This document shows, piece after piece, positions 28,626-41,384 of a stretch of 64,000 nt of DNA; positions within the stretch are counted from its first letter, which is position 1, and each line of letters starts with the position of its first letter. Under the pieces are notes generated by a model. It was given only the letters and a program-made list of their open reading frames with translations, was not told where the DNA came from and did not search any database. A program made the position numbers and the translations under genes. The DNA comes from the human T2T-CHM13v2.0 reference genome, Homo sapiens, in NCBI RefSeq assembly GCF_009914755.1, contig NC_060926.1, one strand, 5' to 3'.

Positions 28626-29940
28626 CCAGGGGACCTCAAAAAGTTTATGGAAAATGTGCATTATGAAAAAACTATGCATGGATGAACTTTTTTTTGCACC
28701 ACAATAAACTTAAATAACTTGTACTAACTTGTTATAACATGTCTGAAGAGAATCTACTTTGAGGGCCTGAGGAGGGTAATGTATCAGTTCGAATACAGCC
28801 CTTATCATAGTAACATGAATTCTGCTAAAACTGAAGCAAGAACAGACACCAAATTTATGGTGAAGCTTGTGTGGAAGAATGATGAAATTATCGATGCTTT
28901 ACAGAAAGTTTATGGGGACAATGCCCCAAAGAAATCAGCAGTTTACAAATGGACAGCTCATTTTAAGAAGGGATAAAATGAGGTTGAAGATGAAGTCCAC
29001 AGTGGCAGAGCATCCACATTAATTTGTGACAAAAAAATTCATCTTATTTGCACTCTAACTGAACAGAACTGATGATTAACAGCAGAAACAATAGCCAACA
29101 CCATAGACATCTCGATTGGTTCAGATTATACAATTCTGACTGAAAAATTAAAGTTGAGCAAGCTTTTTACTTGCTAGATTGTTAAAACTGTTGTGCCCAG
29201 ATCAGCTGCAGACATGAGCAGAACCCTCAATGGGAAATATAAACAAGTGAGATCAAGATCCTGAAGCATTTCCTCAAAGAATTTAACAGGAGATAGAGCA
29301 TGGCTTTATCAGTATGATTTTGAAGACAAAGCACAAAGCAGTGACTACTAAGAGATGGAAGTGGTCCAGTCAAAGCAAAATCAGACCTTTCAAGAGTAAA
29401 GGTCATGGCAACAGTTTTTAGGATGCTCGAGGCGTTTTGCTTGTTGACTTTCTGGAAGGCCAAAGAACACTAATAACATCTGCTTATTATGAGGGTGTTT
29501 TGAAAAAGTTAGTCAAAGCTTTAGCAGAAAAATGTCCAAGAAAGTTTCACATGAGAGTCCTTCTTCACCATGACAATGTTCCTGCTCATTCCTCTCATCA
29601 AACAAAAGCAATTTTGTGAAAGTTTCAATGATAAATCATTAGGCATCTGATGTACGGTCTTGATCTGGATTTTTCTGACTTGTTTTCTAATCTTAAAAAT
29701 ATATACAGGGGACCCATTTTCTTCAGTTTATAATGTAAAAGAGAACATAGAAAAGAATTTAAGCATTGATGAGGTTAAATTCCCTGAATCCTCAGTTCTG
29801 TAGGGATGGACTAAATGGCTGGTACTATCATGCATAAAAGTGTCTTGACCTTGATAGGTCTTAGGTTGAGAAATAAAGTTTATGTTTTTCATTTTTATCT
29901 TTTAATTTCATTTTCTGTGAACTTTTTTGAAGTCTCCTTC
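28626..29940 (+). mobile_element. Hsmar2 mariner transposon, full length, defective
   Basis: TA on both sides; TIRs ccaggggacctcaaaaagtttatggaaaat / ttttctgtgaacttttttgaagtctccttc; 1.3 kb long. Confidence 0.92.
28815..29870 (+). pseudogene. Hsmar2 transposase pseudogene
   Basis: MNSAKTEARTDTKFMVKL..KVYGDNAPKKSAVYKW, then a TGD-like acaggagat and LLHHDNVPAHSS; multiple stops and frameshifts (first stop at 28974-76); end approximate. Confidence 0.88.
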
Positions 29941-32900
29941 TATACTGAAGAAGGGAGTTTAATCAAAAGGTAGCAGGAAATTATCCCTTTAAGAAATCCA
30001 TTTGCCATGACTAATGATAGTGACATATATACAATCAGATCTTTAAAACAAGCATAAAAAATCAGGACTTCTGTATTTGAGACACAATGTGAGTATTTAT
30101 ACCAGAAACTCATAATAATTTCTACAATTAAACATTAACTTATGCTCTGGGATTTTTGGCAGACAGGAAAGCAAGCAAGCAAACAAACAAAATAAAACAA
30201 AACATAATGGCTTATATAGCTCTTATTGTCTGAAAAACAAAGCATATGATTTTCTAGATGAGTTAAATATTTTTATAGCATGCTATTCCAAAAGAAATTT
30301 ATTTGGTGGGTTTGTTTACAATGACCAATTTAATTGAAAATCTCTTCAATAGCAATTTTACACAAGATTTAAACACAATTTTCCTATGACCATTTCATAT
30401 TCCAAATTTGCATAGAAGCAGATGGTATTATGTTAATTATTGTTTTGAGAAGACATTTACATGGGATATAAAAATAATGTAGTCTAGTAGCTTCCTGCTG
30501 TTCAACATATACAGGAATAGAACTGAGAGATTCCTGGGAAGGAACACATGGTTAGCATGTCCTTTAGCCTTCAAATATAAATGATTTCAAAGACATTTAG
30601 CATTTATTTTGAGATTAAACTATCTGGAAAGTATTGAGAAATTTGGTATATTGTGCTAAACACGAAAACTTGGGGACAAATGACACTTTGTTATTTATTT
30701 ATGTAAAGTATTTATTGAGCATCTACAATATGTCTGGTACTGTTCTAGACACTTGGGTTACATTCATGAACAAAATAAACAATGTTCCCTGACCTCATGC
30801 ATAAATGTTATGAAAATTAAAGACCCTGACTTGCTTCATGCTCACACAGGCAATAGCTATAAGATTTGGTGGGGAGGTGGAGTAATTAGCCAGGAGAGGA
30901 AAGGTCTTTAAAATTCTTGTATTTGTTCATTCATTCTTTCATTCATTCATTCAGTAACATTTTGTAAGTGATTGCTAATAAATCGGGCACTGACCCAGGC
31001 TGAGATAGGTGAGTCAAGGCTGTGAGACAGTTATCAGAAAGAAAGACTGTTGGGACAATTTGCATCAAGGAAAAGCCTGTGGGCAAAATATTGGTGTAAG
31101 ATAAAAGAATATCCTGCCATTTAGACTCCTTCAAAAATGTTGTGGGTTTTCAAGAGTGTGATGGTATCCTCCTTACTGGAAATATTCAAACAGAGTCAGA
31201 ATTAGATGCATCTGATAATAGCTTACTGGAAATTTTCTAAAATCAATTCCAGCTCTGAGTTTATTTATTCTTCTGGTCCTGTGTCTTCGTAAATGACCAA
31301 TGTATGCATATATCTGAAACTCCCTGGGCTGCAAGCTTGGTACTGAGCCTAACAGTACATCCTAAAGGAAAGGACCTAGAAATCCGGAGGGGATTCTTGA
31401 GCAATATGTTGTTTGACATGATGCCATGAAGTCCTCATTCCCAACCAGACTGAATTGGTTATTTCCAGAAGCCAACCTTACAATGGCAGAAGTGGAGGTG
31501 AGCTGGTGTTTGAAACAGATTTTCTGTATTTGTGTTTTTCTGGTTTGTGTCAGGATCATTTTCTGCCTTATTCTGTCTGGAGAGTTAAGAATGATTTAAG
31601 ATGGTTGTTAAAACATGGATTTTTAGAGACCTTTAGTTGTCCACGTTGATTTGATGTGGTGTGATAGGTTGTTCACTGTGATGTACAATGGCATTAACTT
31701 CTTGAAGCCTAAAGGCGAGTTAGAAAATAGCAACTCTTGAAAGGTGATCATACGTGAGATGTATTTATTTTGTAGATAGGTGTGAATGCAAAATCTCTCA
31801 TCTCACTAACATTCTTCCTTGCTGCAGAACAGCAGCTGTCAAAAAGTGGTACAGGTGGAATGAGGGACTCTCAGCTGCAATCTCTTGGAACACTGGAGCC
31901 AGGCATCCTGCTCATGACACTCACAAGGGGAGTCCCTTTCTGACCAGAGAAACACGGAGTTACTGGAAAAGATTTTCTTCATTAACTTTTTATCTCATAA
32001 TGCTTTCCCTTTAAATGTTTCTGATTACTTTACTCAAAAAATCTCAGAACTAATAATCCTCATTTATCACAATGTGATATAGTTTGTCATTTTAAGTTTT
32101 ATTAATAATATTTTGTGGTATTTAACAAAGAATAGTAAAATTTTCAGGGGTTCCACTGCCTGGATAAGTTTGAGAACAGCTGTGTGAGATCCTCCTTTAA
32201 TTTATATATTTAACAACCATTCATTAAATGTTTGCTAGGACTATACACAGTTAATAACACAGGGAGTGGATACATAAACTTTAAACATGATTCTAAGATA
32301 AAAATTATTAAACAGTTTAGGAATATAATGGGAGGAATATTGAACAAACAAGTATAATACAATATGTGATATAATAAGACAAGATAGTTAAATAGTCCAA
32401 AGAGAATTTAAATGTTGCCAGTGTCCAAAGCAATAATTAATCTTAACTGGAGATCTGGGGATAAAGTAGCCTTGAAGATTGAGTCAGTAGAAATGCTGGT
32501 TTAAGACTTTGGGCATCAGTTACAAAAACAGAGGTATGAAAAGGCACAAATTGTTTAGGGCAGTGAGTTGCCTTGCAATTATGGTACTTGGTAGGGTGAA
32601 GTAGGACACACTAGATGGGTAAGCAGAGATGAGTCATTCAGCAATGGCTATTGAATACTTCCTATCAGCCACACTCCTATCCCAGTTTGTGAGGACCTTG
32701 AGTGTCATACTAAGGATTTAGAAGATAGCTCATCGCTTTTATGTTAAAGTCTGAAATCAGTGACTTGACCCTAACTGTGTAACAGAAAAGACTTGGCAGA
32801 AGGCTTGTGGATAGAGAGAGGCAAGACCAAAGTCATGGAGACTAATTGGAGAATATTGAAATAATCCAGATAGACGATGGAGAGGATTGGAAATCCTCTT

Positions 32901-32948
32901 ACTTACTGAGGAAGTCAGTCGCAGTAAAAATAGAAAAGTGGGGTTGGT

Positions 32949-33332
32949 ATATATATACCATGGAATATATGCAGCCATAAAAAGGAACAAGATCATGTCC
33001 TTTGCAGGGACATGGATGGAGCTGGAAGCTGTTATCCTGAGCAAACTAACACAGGAATAGAAAACCAAATACCGCATTTTCTCACTTACAAGTGGGAACT
33101 GTACGATGAGAACACATGGACACATGGTGGGGAGCAACATACACTGGGGTCTGTCGGGGGTCAGGGGAGGGAGAGCATCAGGAAGAATAGCTAATGGATG
33201 CTGGGCTTAATACCTAGGTGATGAGTTGATCTGTGCAGCAAACCACCATGGCACATGTTTACCTACGTAATGAACTTGCACATCAAGCATGTATCCCGGA
33301 ATTTAAAATAAAATAAAAGTTGAAGAAAACAT
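32949..33332 (+). mobile_element. L1PA8-10-like 3' fragment
   Basis: gagagcatcaggaagaatagctaatggatgctgggcttaatacctagg; 13-bp TSD aagtggggttggt (32936-48, 33333-45). Confidence 0.9.
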
Positions 33333-33959
33333 AAGTGGGGTTGGTTTGTTTCCTTTACCATAGATAATTTGCTACTGGGTAATCACAGATGTATTTCCCA
33401 TTACTGACTATCTCAGGTCTTTGATAGCTCATGGAAAACATTATCAATATATATCTTTAAAAAACTATCCTTAATTCTTAGCTATGGACTCTGAAACATT
33501 ATAGAAGACATGTGGGTTTTCTATTTTCTTTCATGATTAATTAAATAGATATTTGTTGAGTACCTAAAGGGTGCTGGGGATAGAGCAGTAATCAAGACAA
33601 AGGGCTGCCCTGTGCAGTTTACATCCTCATGGGAAAGCATAGATGAATATGTCAACAAAGAAATAATGTTTACATGTACTGTTTTATTTTTTAATTATGT
33701 CTTCACATGCTACTTATATTGTCCAAATATGAATCTTTATAGTCATAACATAATCATATGAATACATGCCAATCTCTTGGCCCAAGGAATTGGGCCTTAT
33801 TGATATTAAGAGATGAGTTTAATATTTAATAGATAGAGGAGGTCTTTGGGAACACATTTTTAAAGCAGCAGTGGATTTGGCATGTATTAATATATTTAAA
33901 CGAAATCAGAAAAGTTATTCTACTTGTACTGAGATAATATAAAATCCATAGTAAAAGGC

Positions 33960-35270
33960 TAATCCACATTTAATTTATGACAAATGGAGGCATGGCAGAA
34001 TCATGGGGAAAAGATGGTCTTTTCAATAAACAGTGTTGAGTGAATTAGATATGCTTATGTAAAAAAGGAAATTTGAACCCTACACCACATAGAAAATCAA
34101 TTACAGATGCATTTAAATTTAATTATAAAAGTAAAACAATAAAGCTTCTAAAGGATAATATAGGAAAACATATTCCTAATTTTGAGGCATGGAAAGATTT
34201 TTTAAATAGGATACAAAACCACTAATATCACGGGAAAATCAAATAAATTACATTAAAAGATGATTTTTTTGTTCTTCAAAGAACGCTGCTGAGAAGGTTA
34301 GAGAAAATAAGCAATAAGGTGGAAGATGATAGTTGCTATATATAAACCAACAATGGGCTTTATACAGGATGAATAAAGAATTTCTACAAATTCAAAAAAA
34401 GAAAGACAAGCCAACAAAAATGGAGGGGGAACAGATGTCAACAGCCACTTCACAAAGGAGGGTTTAAAAATAATCAATAGGCATTTGAAAAGGTGCTCAC
34501 CCTCATTAACAATAGGAAATATAAATGACAACCATGATGAGATATTTCAATGAGTCACCTCTAAAGAATAATCAGACTAGGTAAAATAACAAAGAATGAC
34601 CTGGCCGGGCGTGGTGGCTCATGCCTATAATCCCAGCTCTTTGGGAGTCCGAGGTGGGTGGAACACTTCAGGTCAGGAGTTTGAGACCAGCCTGGCCAAC
34701 ATGGTGAAACTCCATTTCTACTAAAAATACAAAAATTAGCCGGGCATGGCTGTGGGCACCTGTAATCCCAGCTACTCAAGAGGTTGAGGCAGGAGAATTG
34801 CTTGAACCCAGAAGGCGGAGTTTGCAGTGAGCTGAGATTCCGCCACTGCACTCCAACCTGGGCAACATAGTGAGACTCCATCTCAAAAAAAAAAAAAAAA
34901 AGAAAAAAAAAAGAATTAGCAAGCTGTAATATGTTAATACAATGCAGTAGCATACAGCAGTGAAAATTAATCTATAGGAACACACAACCACTAGATAAAT
35001 CTGCAAAACATAGTATTAAGCAAAAGAAGTCATACAAATAAGAAAACATCTTATGTGACTTTACTTGAACTTCAAAAATTAGGCATGAGAAATCTAAGGA
35101 GCTAAAAGTCAGGTGCATAGTTATGTGTGGGGAGGAGGAAGTCAGTGTTCTATATCTTGATCTAGGTGATGATTGCACAGGTATATTCACCATGTAATAA
35201 TTCATTGATCTATATACTTATAATTTGTGCTTTCTATTCTGAATATATGATAGTTTACTTTTAAAATTTT
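33960..35270 (+). mobile_element. Old L1M (MC/ME-like) ORF2 and 3'UTR remnants
   Basis: ggggaaaagatggtcttttcaataaacagtgttg...; tatcttgatctaggtgatgattgcacaggtatattcac. Confidence 0.7.
34603..34912 (+). mobile_element. AluS
   Basis: ggccgggcgtggtggctcatgcc full dimer with A tail. Confidence 0.93.
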
Positions 35271-36383
35271 TAAATGATTTTCAATTTCCCAGGGGAAGAT
35301 TTGTTTTGAAGACACCTTGAGAATGGTCAATATGTAATTACCTTAGTTCCCTAACTTTTATCTTATACTCCACCTTGGGGCTGAGAGGGAAACGTGAAAA
35401 ATTTGAATTCTTAACACTATCTGTAGTTCTTAGATTTCATAATCGTCCCAGATTTTTTACTTTCAGATAATCCCTTGCTTGTATTTTCCAACAATACATG
35501 ATAAATTATAGACAAATACAATCTCATTTTCTCCATTTAAACTAATGTCTTTATTGCCAATCATTTCTGAACCAGCCAACTGTGGTAGAACTGATGAAAT
35601 AGTATCCCACTTATAATAAATATGTGTTTTTCATTAAAGAGACCCAGACAATCTTGTTTTATTTCCTGCAAACTGATGTGATTTGTTTCTTCATGAAGTT
35701 AGAAACTGCTACAGAGCTAATTTATAATAAAAATTAGGAAAAAGTATTTAGCCAAACTTTCAAAAGGCATTTTCCTACCAGGGCATATGTTGAACAAACT
35801 GAATCTGTAGCTACTTTTTTGGATTATCTTAATCCAGCATCAAAGGGGTCAGTGGGGCAGGTCTAACAGGTCCATGATGGCTTAGGTCTTTGATTAGAGA
35901 CTTAAGTCAGCAAGCTTGGAAGGAAAAGATGCCTGAATTTAATTTTGTCTTTCCATGGCAATGGCTGGCTTTGACTTCTCTTCAGTGGTACTTCTGGTTG
36001 TTCTGTTAGAGTTTTTGATTTCCCAAACCAAAGTGATGGTGGGGAGACCATGAAAGTACCTAAGCCCAGACTGCAATATCAATAAACATCCTCAAAGCAT
36101 TTGTAGGCAGGTGGTAAATGGTTCACCTTTGAGTTATAAACTACTAGAAGAATGCTTGTGTGTATAGGAAGAGGACTTCAGGAGCTTGTCTAGGCATGTC
36201 ATCTTTCTAGGTTTTGCTGGGACTGCATGAAGCCAGATTTCAAGTTCTTTTAGCAGTCCCACTGACAAGATTGGGTTATCTCAAAAAAGGCAGGCAGATT
36301 CCCATGATGCTGGAGCCCTTCACAGAGAGATTTTGTTGGGACGACAGCCACTTTTCTCACCAAATTCCAGCCCGGCTTCCGAG

Positions 36384-37111
36384 TGTTACCAGCGGCAAAT
36401 CTGTGGGAGTCTGCAGCAAACTTGAGCCTTGCCTCCTCAGAGGAGAGAATTTGACCGATGGGCAGAAGTAAGTTTAAGGCAGAGGGAAAAATCAAGGCAA
36501 GTTTTTAGAGCAGGAGTGAAAGTTTATTAAAAAGTTTTAGAACAGGAACAAAAGGAAGTCAAGTACACCTGGAAGAGGGACAAGCAGGTGACTTGAAAGA
36601 TCCAAGTGCCCTGTTTGGCCCTGGGCTTGGGGTTTTATGCAGTGGCATGGTTCTGGGGTTTGTTTCTCCTCCCTTGATTTTCCCCTTGGGGTGGACTGTG
36701 CACATCCACAGTGGCCTGCCAGCACTTGGGAGGGGCTGCATGTTCAGTGTGTTTATTGCAGTTGTGTGCATGTTCACTTGAGGCATTTTTCCCTTACCAG
36801 GTGAGTGTTCCCAGAGGAAGGTCATCTACTGGTTAAACTCTGCCATTTCACCTCTTCATGCACATCCTTGAGCCTGCTTGCCCTGGTCTTGAGATCTTAT
36901 TGGGAAGCTGCTGCTCACCAGGTTCAGGTGTTTTCTATCTATTGAGAGACTTTTTTTTTTTTTTTCTGGCACTGGCTATGACAAATTATTATTTTACAGA
37001 GAGAGTCTAACAACCAACAGCCTGATCATCCAGGATGGTTACCTGACATTCCTAAGGGAGGAGGGCCTCTCTTGCCCTGCTCAAGTCTGCCTAATTATCT
37101 ACTCTGGCTCA
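36384..37111 (-). mobile_element. MER50-like ERV1 solo LTR
   Basis: tgttaccagcggcaaatc...gcaggagtgaaagtttattaaaaagttttag...ctcttgccctgctcaagtctgcctaattatctac; poly-A signal on the minus strand. Confidence 0.75.
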
Positions 37112-37505
37112 ATGTGCCACTGCCCTCTTGCTTAGCATGAGGCTTTCCTTTTCTCCAACTCATATTTGAAGGTCCTTCTTATTCAAAATTTGATCCAAAC
37201 ATCAGCAGTGTCTAACTGGGGATTTGTTGGAAATGCTTTCAGTTAATCTACAGATTTTGAAATTCTGTTAATTGCTTCAAAAGATGGAGGAAATCCCTAC
37301 ATCAGAGAGTTTTGACACTGTTAGTCACTCACTGGTTAAATAAAAATGTTATATTTAAACCCCTATTTTGGGAGTTGAAACATAGAACATTATTTGAAAA
37401 GTTATACATGGGCTTCAGATATATTTTGCACCTAGTTTCATTTTTCTGGAATTTGCAGAAGGGATTATTATGTGATTCTAGGGGCAGAAAAATAAATTTC
37501 ATGAA

Positions 37506-37858
37506 TTTCACTCAAGTCCGTGTGAAGAGATCACCAAACAGGCTTTGTGTGAGCAATAAAGCTGTTTATTTCACCTGGGTGCAGGTGGGCTGAGTCCGAA
37601 AAGAGAGTCAGCGAAGGGAGATAGGGGTGGGGCTGTTTTATAGAATTTGGGTAGGTAAAGGAAAAAGTGGGGTTGTTCTCTGAAGGGCAGGAGTGGGGGT
37701 CACAAGGTGCTCAGTAGGGGAGCTTTTGAGCCAGGATGAGCCAGGAGAAGGAATTTCACAAGATAATATCATCAGTTAAGGCAGGAACCCACGATCTGGA
37801 TGTGTACGTGCAGGTCACGCGGGATATGATGGCTTAGCTTGGGCTCAGAGGCCTGACA
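37506..37858 (-). repeat. HERV-H 3' LTR7 (carries a 51-bp U3 deletion)
   Basis: Reverse complement starts tgtcaggcctctgagcccaagctaagcc; AATAAA at 37565-70 (minus); PPT aagaagacaggaa at 37859-37871. Confidence 0.95.
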
Positions 37859-39256
37859 TTCCTGTCTTCTTATATTAATAAGAAAAATAAAATGAAATAG
37901 TGGTAAAGTGTTGGACAGAGAAAATTTTGGGGGGATGGTATGGACAGATAATGGGCTATGTTTCTCAGGGCTGCTTCGAGCGGGATTGGGGGGGCGTGGG
38001 AACCTAGAGTGGGAGAGATTAAGCTGAAGGAAGATTCTGTGGTAAGGGGTGATATTGTGGGGTTGTTAGAAGAAACATTTGTCATTTAGAATTATTGTTG
38101 ATGGCCTGGATACAGTTTTGTATGAATTGAAAGACTAAACGGAATAAGAGAAGAAGAAAAACAGGTATTAAAGGACTGAGAATTGGGAGGACCTAGGACA
38201 TCTGATTAGAGAGTGCCTAAGGAGGTTCAGCATAGCCTTGCCAGCAAAGATTATTTATTTACTTTAAGAGTTAAGAGTGGTGGTTTGGGGATAGCACCAG
38301 GAGATATCAGCTGTGATGGCTTGGAGAAACAGTGTAAACCGGCAGTGTAAACAAGAGCAGGGCATGTATGAGTAGTTAAGAACAGTGAATAGGAGTATGA
38401 CTAGACAGAAGATAGTAGACATGACAAGTTTTTTGGGGCACAGTCCAAGTTGGTCTGGTGTCTGGAATGAGACTGGGGCCTAATAAGAAGGAACGTCCAT
38501 ACAAGAGCGCAAATGGGCTGTACCTTGTAGCATTCTGAGGACAGGCCTGAATTCTGAGAAGGGAAAGTGGTAAAAGTATTGTCCAGTCCTTTTTAAGTTG
38601 GTGTCTGAGTTTGGTGAGGTGTGTTTTTTGAAGACCATTAGTCTGTTCTACTTTTCCTGAAGACTGAGGACTGTAAGGGATATAAAGGTTTCACTGAATA
38701 CTAAGAGCCTGAAAAAATGCTTGGCTGATTTGACTAATAAAGGCCAGTCTGCTATCAGACTGTATAGAGGTGGGAAGGCCAAACCGAGGAATTACGTCTG
38801 ACAGAAGGGAAGAAATGACCGTGGTGGCCTTCTTAGACCCTGTGGGAAAGGCCTCTACCTATCCAGTGAAAGTGTCTACCTAGACCAAGAGGTATTTTAG
38901 TTTCCTGACTTGGGGCATGTTGAGTAAAGCTAATTTGCCAGTCCTGGGCAGGGGAAAATCCCTGAGCTTGATGTGTAGGGAAGGGAGGGGGCCTGAACAA
39001 TCGCTGAGGAGTAGTAGAATAGCAGATGGAACACTGAGAAGTTATTTCCTTGAGGATAGATTTCCATGATGGAAAGGAAATGAGAGGTTCTAAGAGGCAG
39101 GCTAGTGGCTTGTACTATAGCATAGCCTGCCTTTGCTGGTGTGTGGTGATTAGACCTGGTGGAACTGCTATCAATAAACCAAGTGTGATCAGGGTGAGGA
39201 ACAGGGAATAAGGAAATGTGGGGAAATGGGGTGAACATCAGGTTGGGGTGGATCAG

Positions 39257-40179
39257 TGTGGGGAAAAGAAAGAGAGATCAGATTGTTAATGTGTCTGTAT
39301 AGAAAGTAGACATAAGAGACTCCATTTTAATCTGTAACCCTACCCCCAACCCTGTGCTCCCTGAGACGTGTGCTGTGTCAACTCAGGGTTAAATGGATTA
39401 AGGGCGGTGCAAAATGTGCTTTGTTAAACAAATGCTTGAAGGCAGCATGCTCTATAAGAGTCATCACCACTCCCTAATCTCAAGTACCCAGGGACACAAA
39501 ACACTGCAGAAGGCTGCAGGGACCCCTGCCTACGAAAGCCAGGTATTGTCCAAGGTTTCTCCCCATGTGACAGCCTGAGATATGGCCTCGTGGGAAGGGA
39601 AAGACCTGACCGTCCCCCAGCCCGACACCCATAAAGGGTCTGTGCTGAGGAGGATTAGTAAAAGAGGAAGGAATGCCTGGTTGCAGTTGAGACAAGAGGA
39701 AGGCATCTGTCTCCTGCTCGTCCCTGGGCAATGGAATGTCTCGGTGTAAAACCTGATTGTATATTCCATCTACTGAGATAGGGGAAAACCACCTTAGGGC
39801 TGGAGGTGGGACATGCCGGCAGCAATACTGCTCTTTAAGGCATTGAGGTGTTTATGTGTATACATATATAAAGCACAGCACTTAATTCTTTACCTTGTTT
39901 ATGATGCAGAGACCTTTGTTCACGTGTTTACCTGCTGACCTTCTCTCCACTATTATCCTATGATCCTGCCACATCCCCCTCTCCGAGAAACACCCAATAA
40001 TGATCAATAAATAATAAGGGAACTCAGAGGCTGGCGGGATCCTCCGTATGCTGAACACCGGTCCCCTGGGCCCCTTTTTCTTTCTCTATACTTTGTCTCT
40101 GTGTCTCTTTCTTTTCCAAGTCTCTTGTTCCACCTAATGAGAAACACCCACAGGTGTGGAGGGGCAACCCACCCCTTCA
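39257..40179 (+). mobile_element. HERV-K(HML-2) solo LTR, LTR5B-like, nested antisense in HERV-H pol
   Basis: tgtggggaaaagaaagagagatcagattg...ggggcaacccaccccttca; perfect 6-bp TSD GATCAG (39251-56, 40180-85); AATAAA at 40006-11. Confidence 0.95.
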
Positions 40180-40185
40180 GATCAG

Positions 40186-41384
40186 AGAGATGCAGTCATG
40201 AGGGTCAGGTGTGGTATCAGGAATAATGTGGGATGCCGGATTGAAGTCCCGGCCAGGAATAATGGTAATTGTGGGAGACTCAACAAAGAGTGAGTACAGC
40301 TGAAGGAGCCAGGGAGCAGAAAGTACATGCATCAGGTGTGAGGAAGAAAATAGATTTTGGAAATTATGAGAGCTGTAGAGAGTGAGTTGAGCATAGTTTG
40401 TGATTTTAAGGGCCTCTAAAAGTATTAGGGCGGCAGAAGCCGCTGCACGGAGACATGATGACCAGCCTAAAACAGTAAGGTCAAGTTGCTTGGACAAAAA
40501 GGCTACAGGACGCGATCCTGGTCCTTGTGTAAGAATTCCAACTGCACAGCCCTGCACTTCAGCTGTGTGTAATGAAAAGGGTTGGGATGAGTCAGGGAGA
40601 GCTAGGGTTGGGGCAGTCTCTAAAGCTGTCTTCAAGGAATGGAAAGAGGAGTGGGGAAAGGATTTAGGATCTATAGGGTCAGCTAGGTTTCCTTTTGTGA
40701 GTTTATATAATGGTTTTGTTAGGATGGCAAAACTAGGTATCTAAAGGCAAAAGTATCTAACCATGCCTAGGAAGGAAAGGAGTTGTTGTTTTGTAGAAGG
40801 AGTTGGGGTTTGAGAGATTAGTCAGACACGATCGGCAGGGAGAGCACGTGTGTTTTCATGAGAATTATGCTGAGATAGGTAACAGATAAGGAAGAAATTT
40901 GGGCTTGACTGAAGTAATGGGGGCTGTCTGTGAAGCTTTGCAGTAGTACAGCCCAGGTAATTTGCTGAGCCTGATGGGTGTCAGGGTCAGTCCAAGTGAA
41001 AGCAAAGAGAGGCTGGGATGAAGGGTGCAAAGGAATAGTAAAGAAAGTATGTTTGAGATCCAGAACAGAATAATGGATTGTGGAGGGAGGTATTGAGGAT
41101 AGGAGAGTATATGGGTTTGGCACCATGGGGTGGATAGGCAAAACAATTTTGTTGATAAGACATAGATCCTGAACTAACTTGTAAGGCTTGTCTGGTTTTA
41201 GGACAGGTAAAATGGGGGAATTGTAAGGAGAGTTTATAGGCTTTAAAAGGCCATGCTGTAGCAGGCGAGTGATAACAGGCTTTAATCCTTTCAAAGCATG
41301 GTGTGGGATGGGATATTGGCATTGAGTGGGGTAAGGGTGATTAGGTTTTAATGAGATGGTAAGGGGTGCATGATCGGTCACCAA
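40186..41384 (-). pseudogene. pol: HERV-H pol remnant (partial RT and connection domain)
   Basis: PYNSPILPVLKPDKPYKLVQDL, YSVLDLKHTFFTIPL, FAFTWTD, SFTDSPHYFSQ; the YxDD region is missing; KTALETAPTLALPDSSQPFSLH...RPVAFLSKQLD. The RNase H start (TWFIDSSS..KAGYAIV) lies beyond the LTR5 at ~39110-39190. Confidence 0.9.

Noticed and set aside
32881-32899. Small hairpins (agaggatt-gga-aatcctct; also atttcatgt-gaa-acatgaaat near 62353)
   Set aside because: Stems of 8-9 bp are expected by chance in 64 kb of AT-rich DNA.
40177-41384. Possible functional retroviral pol
   Set aside because: Frameshifted, lacks the YxDD region and is interrupted by LTR5.
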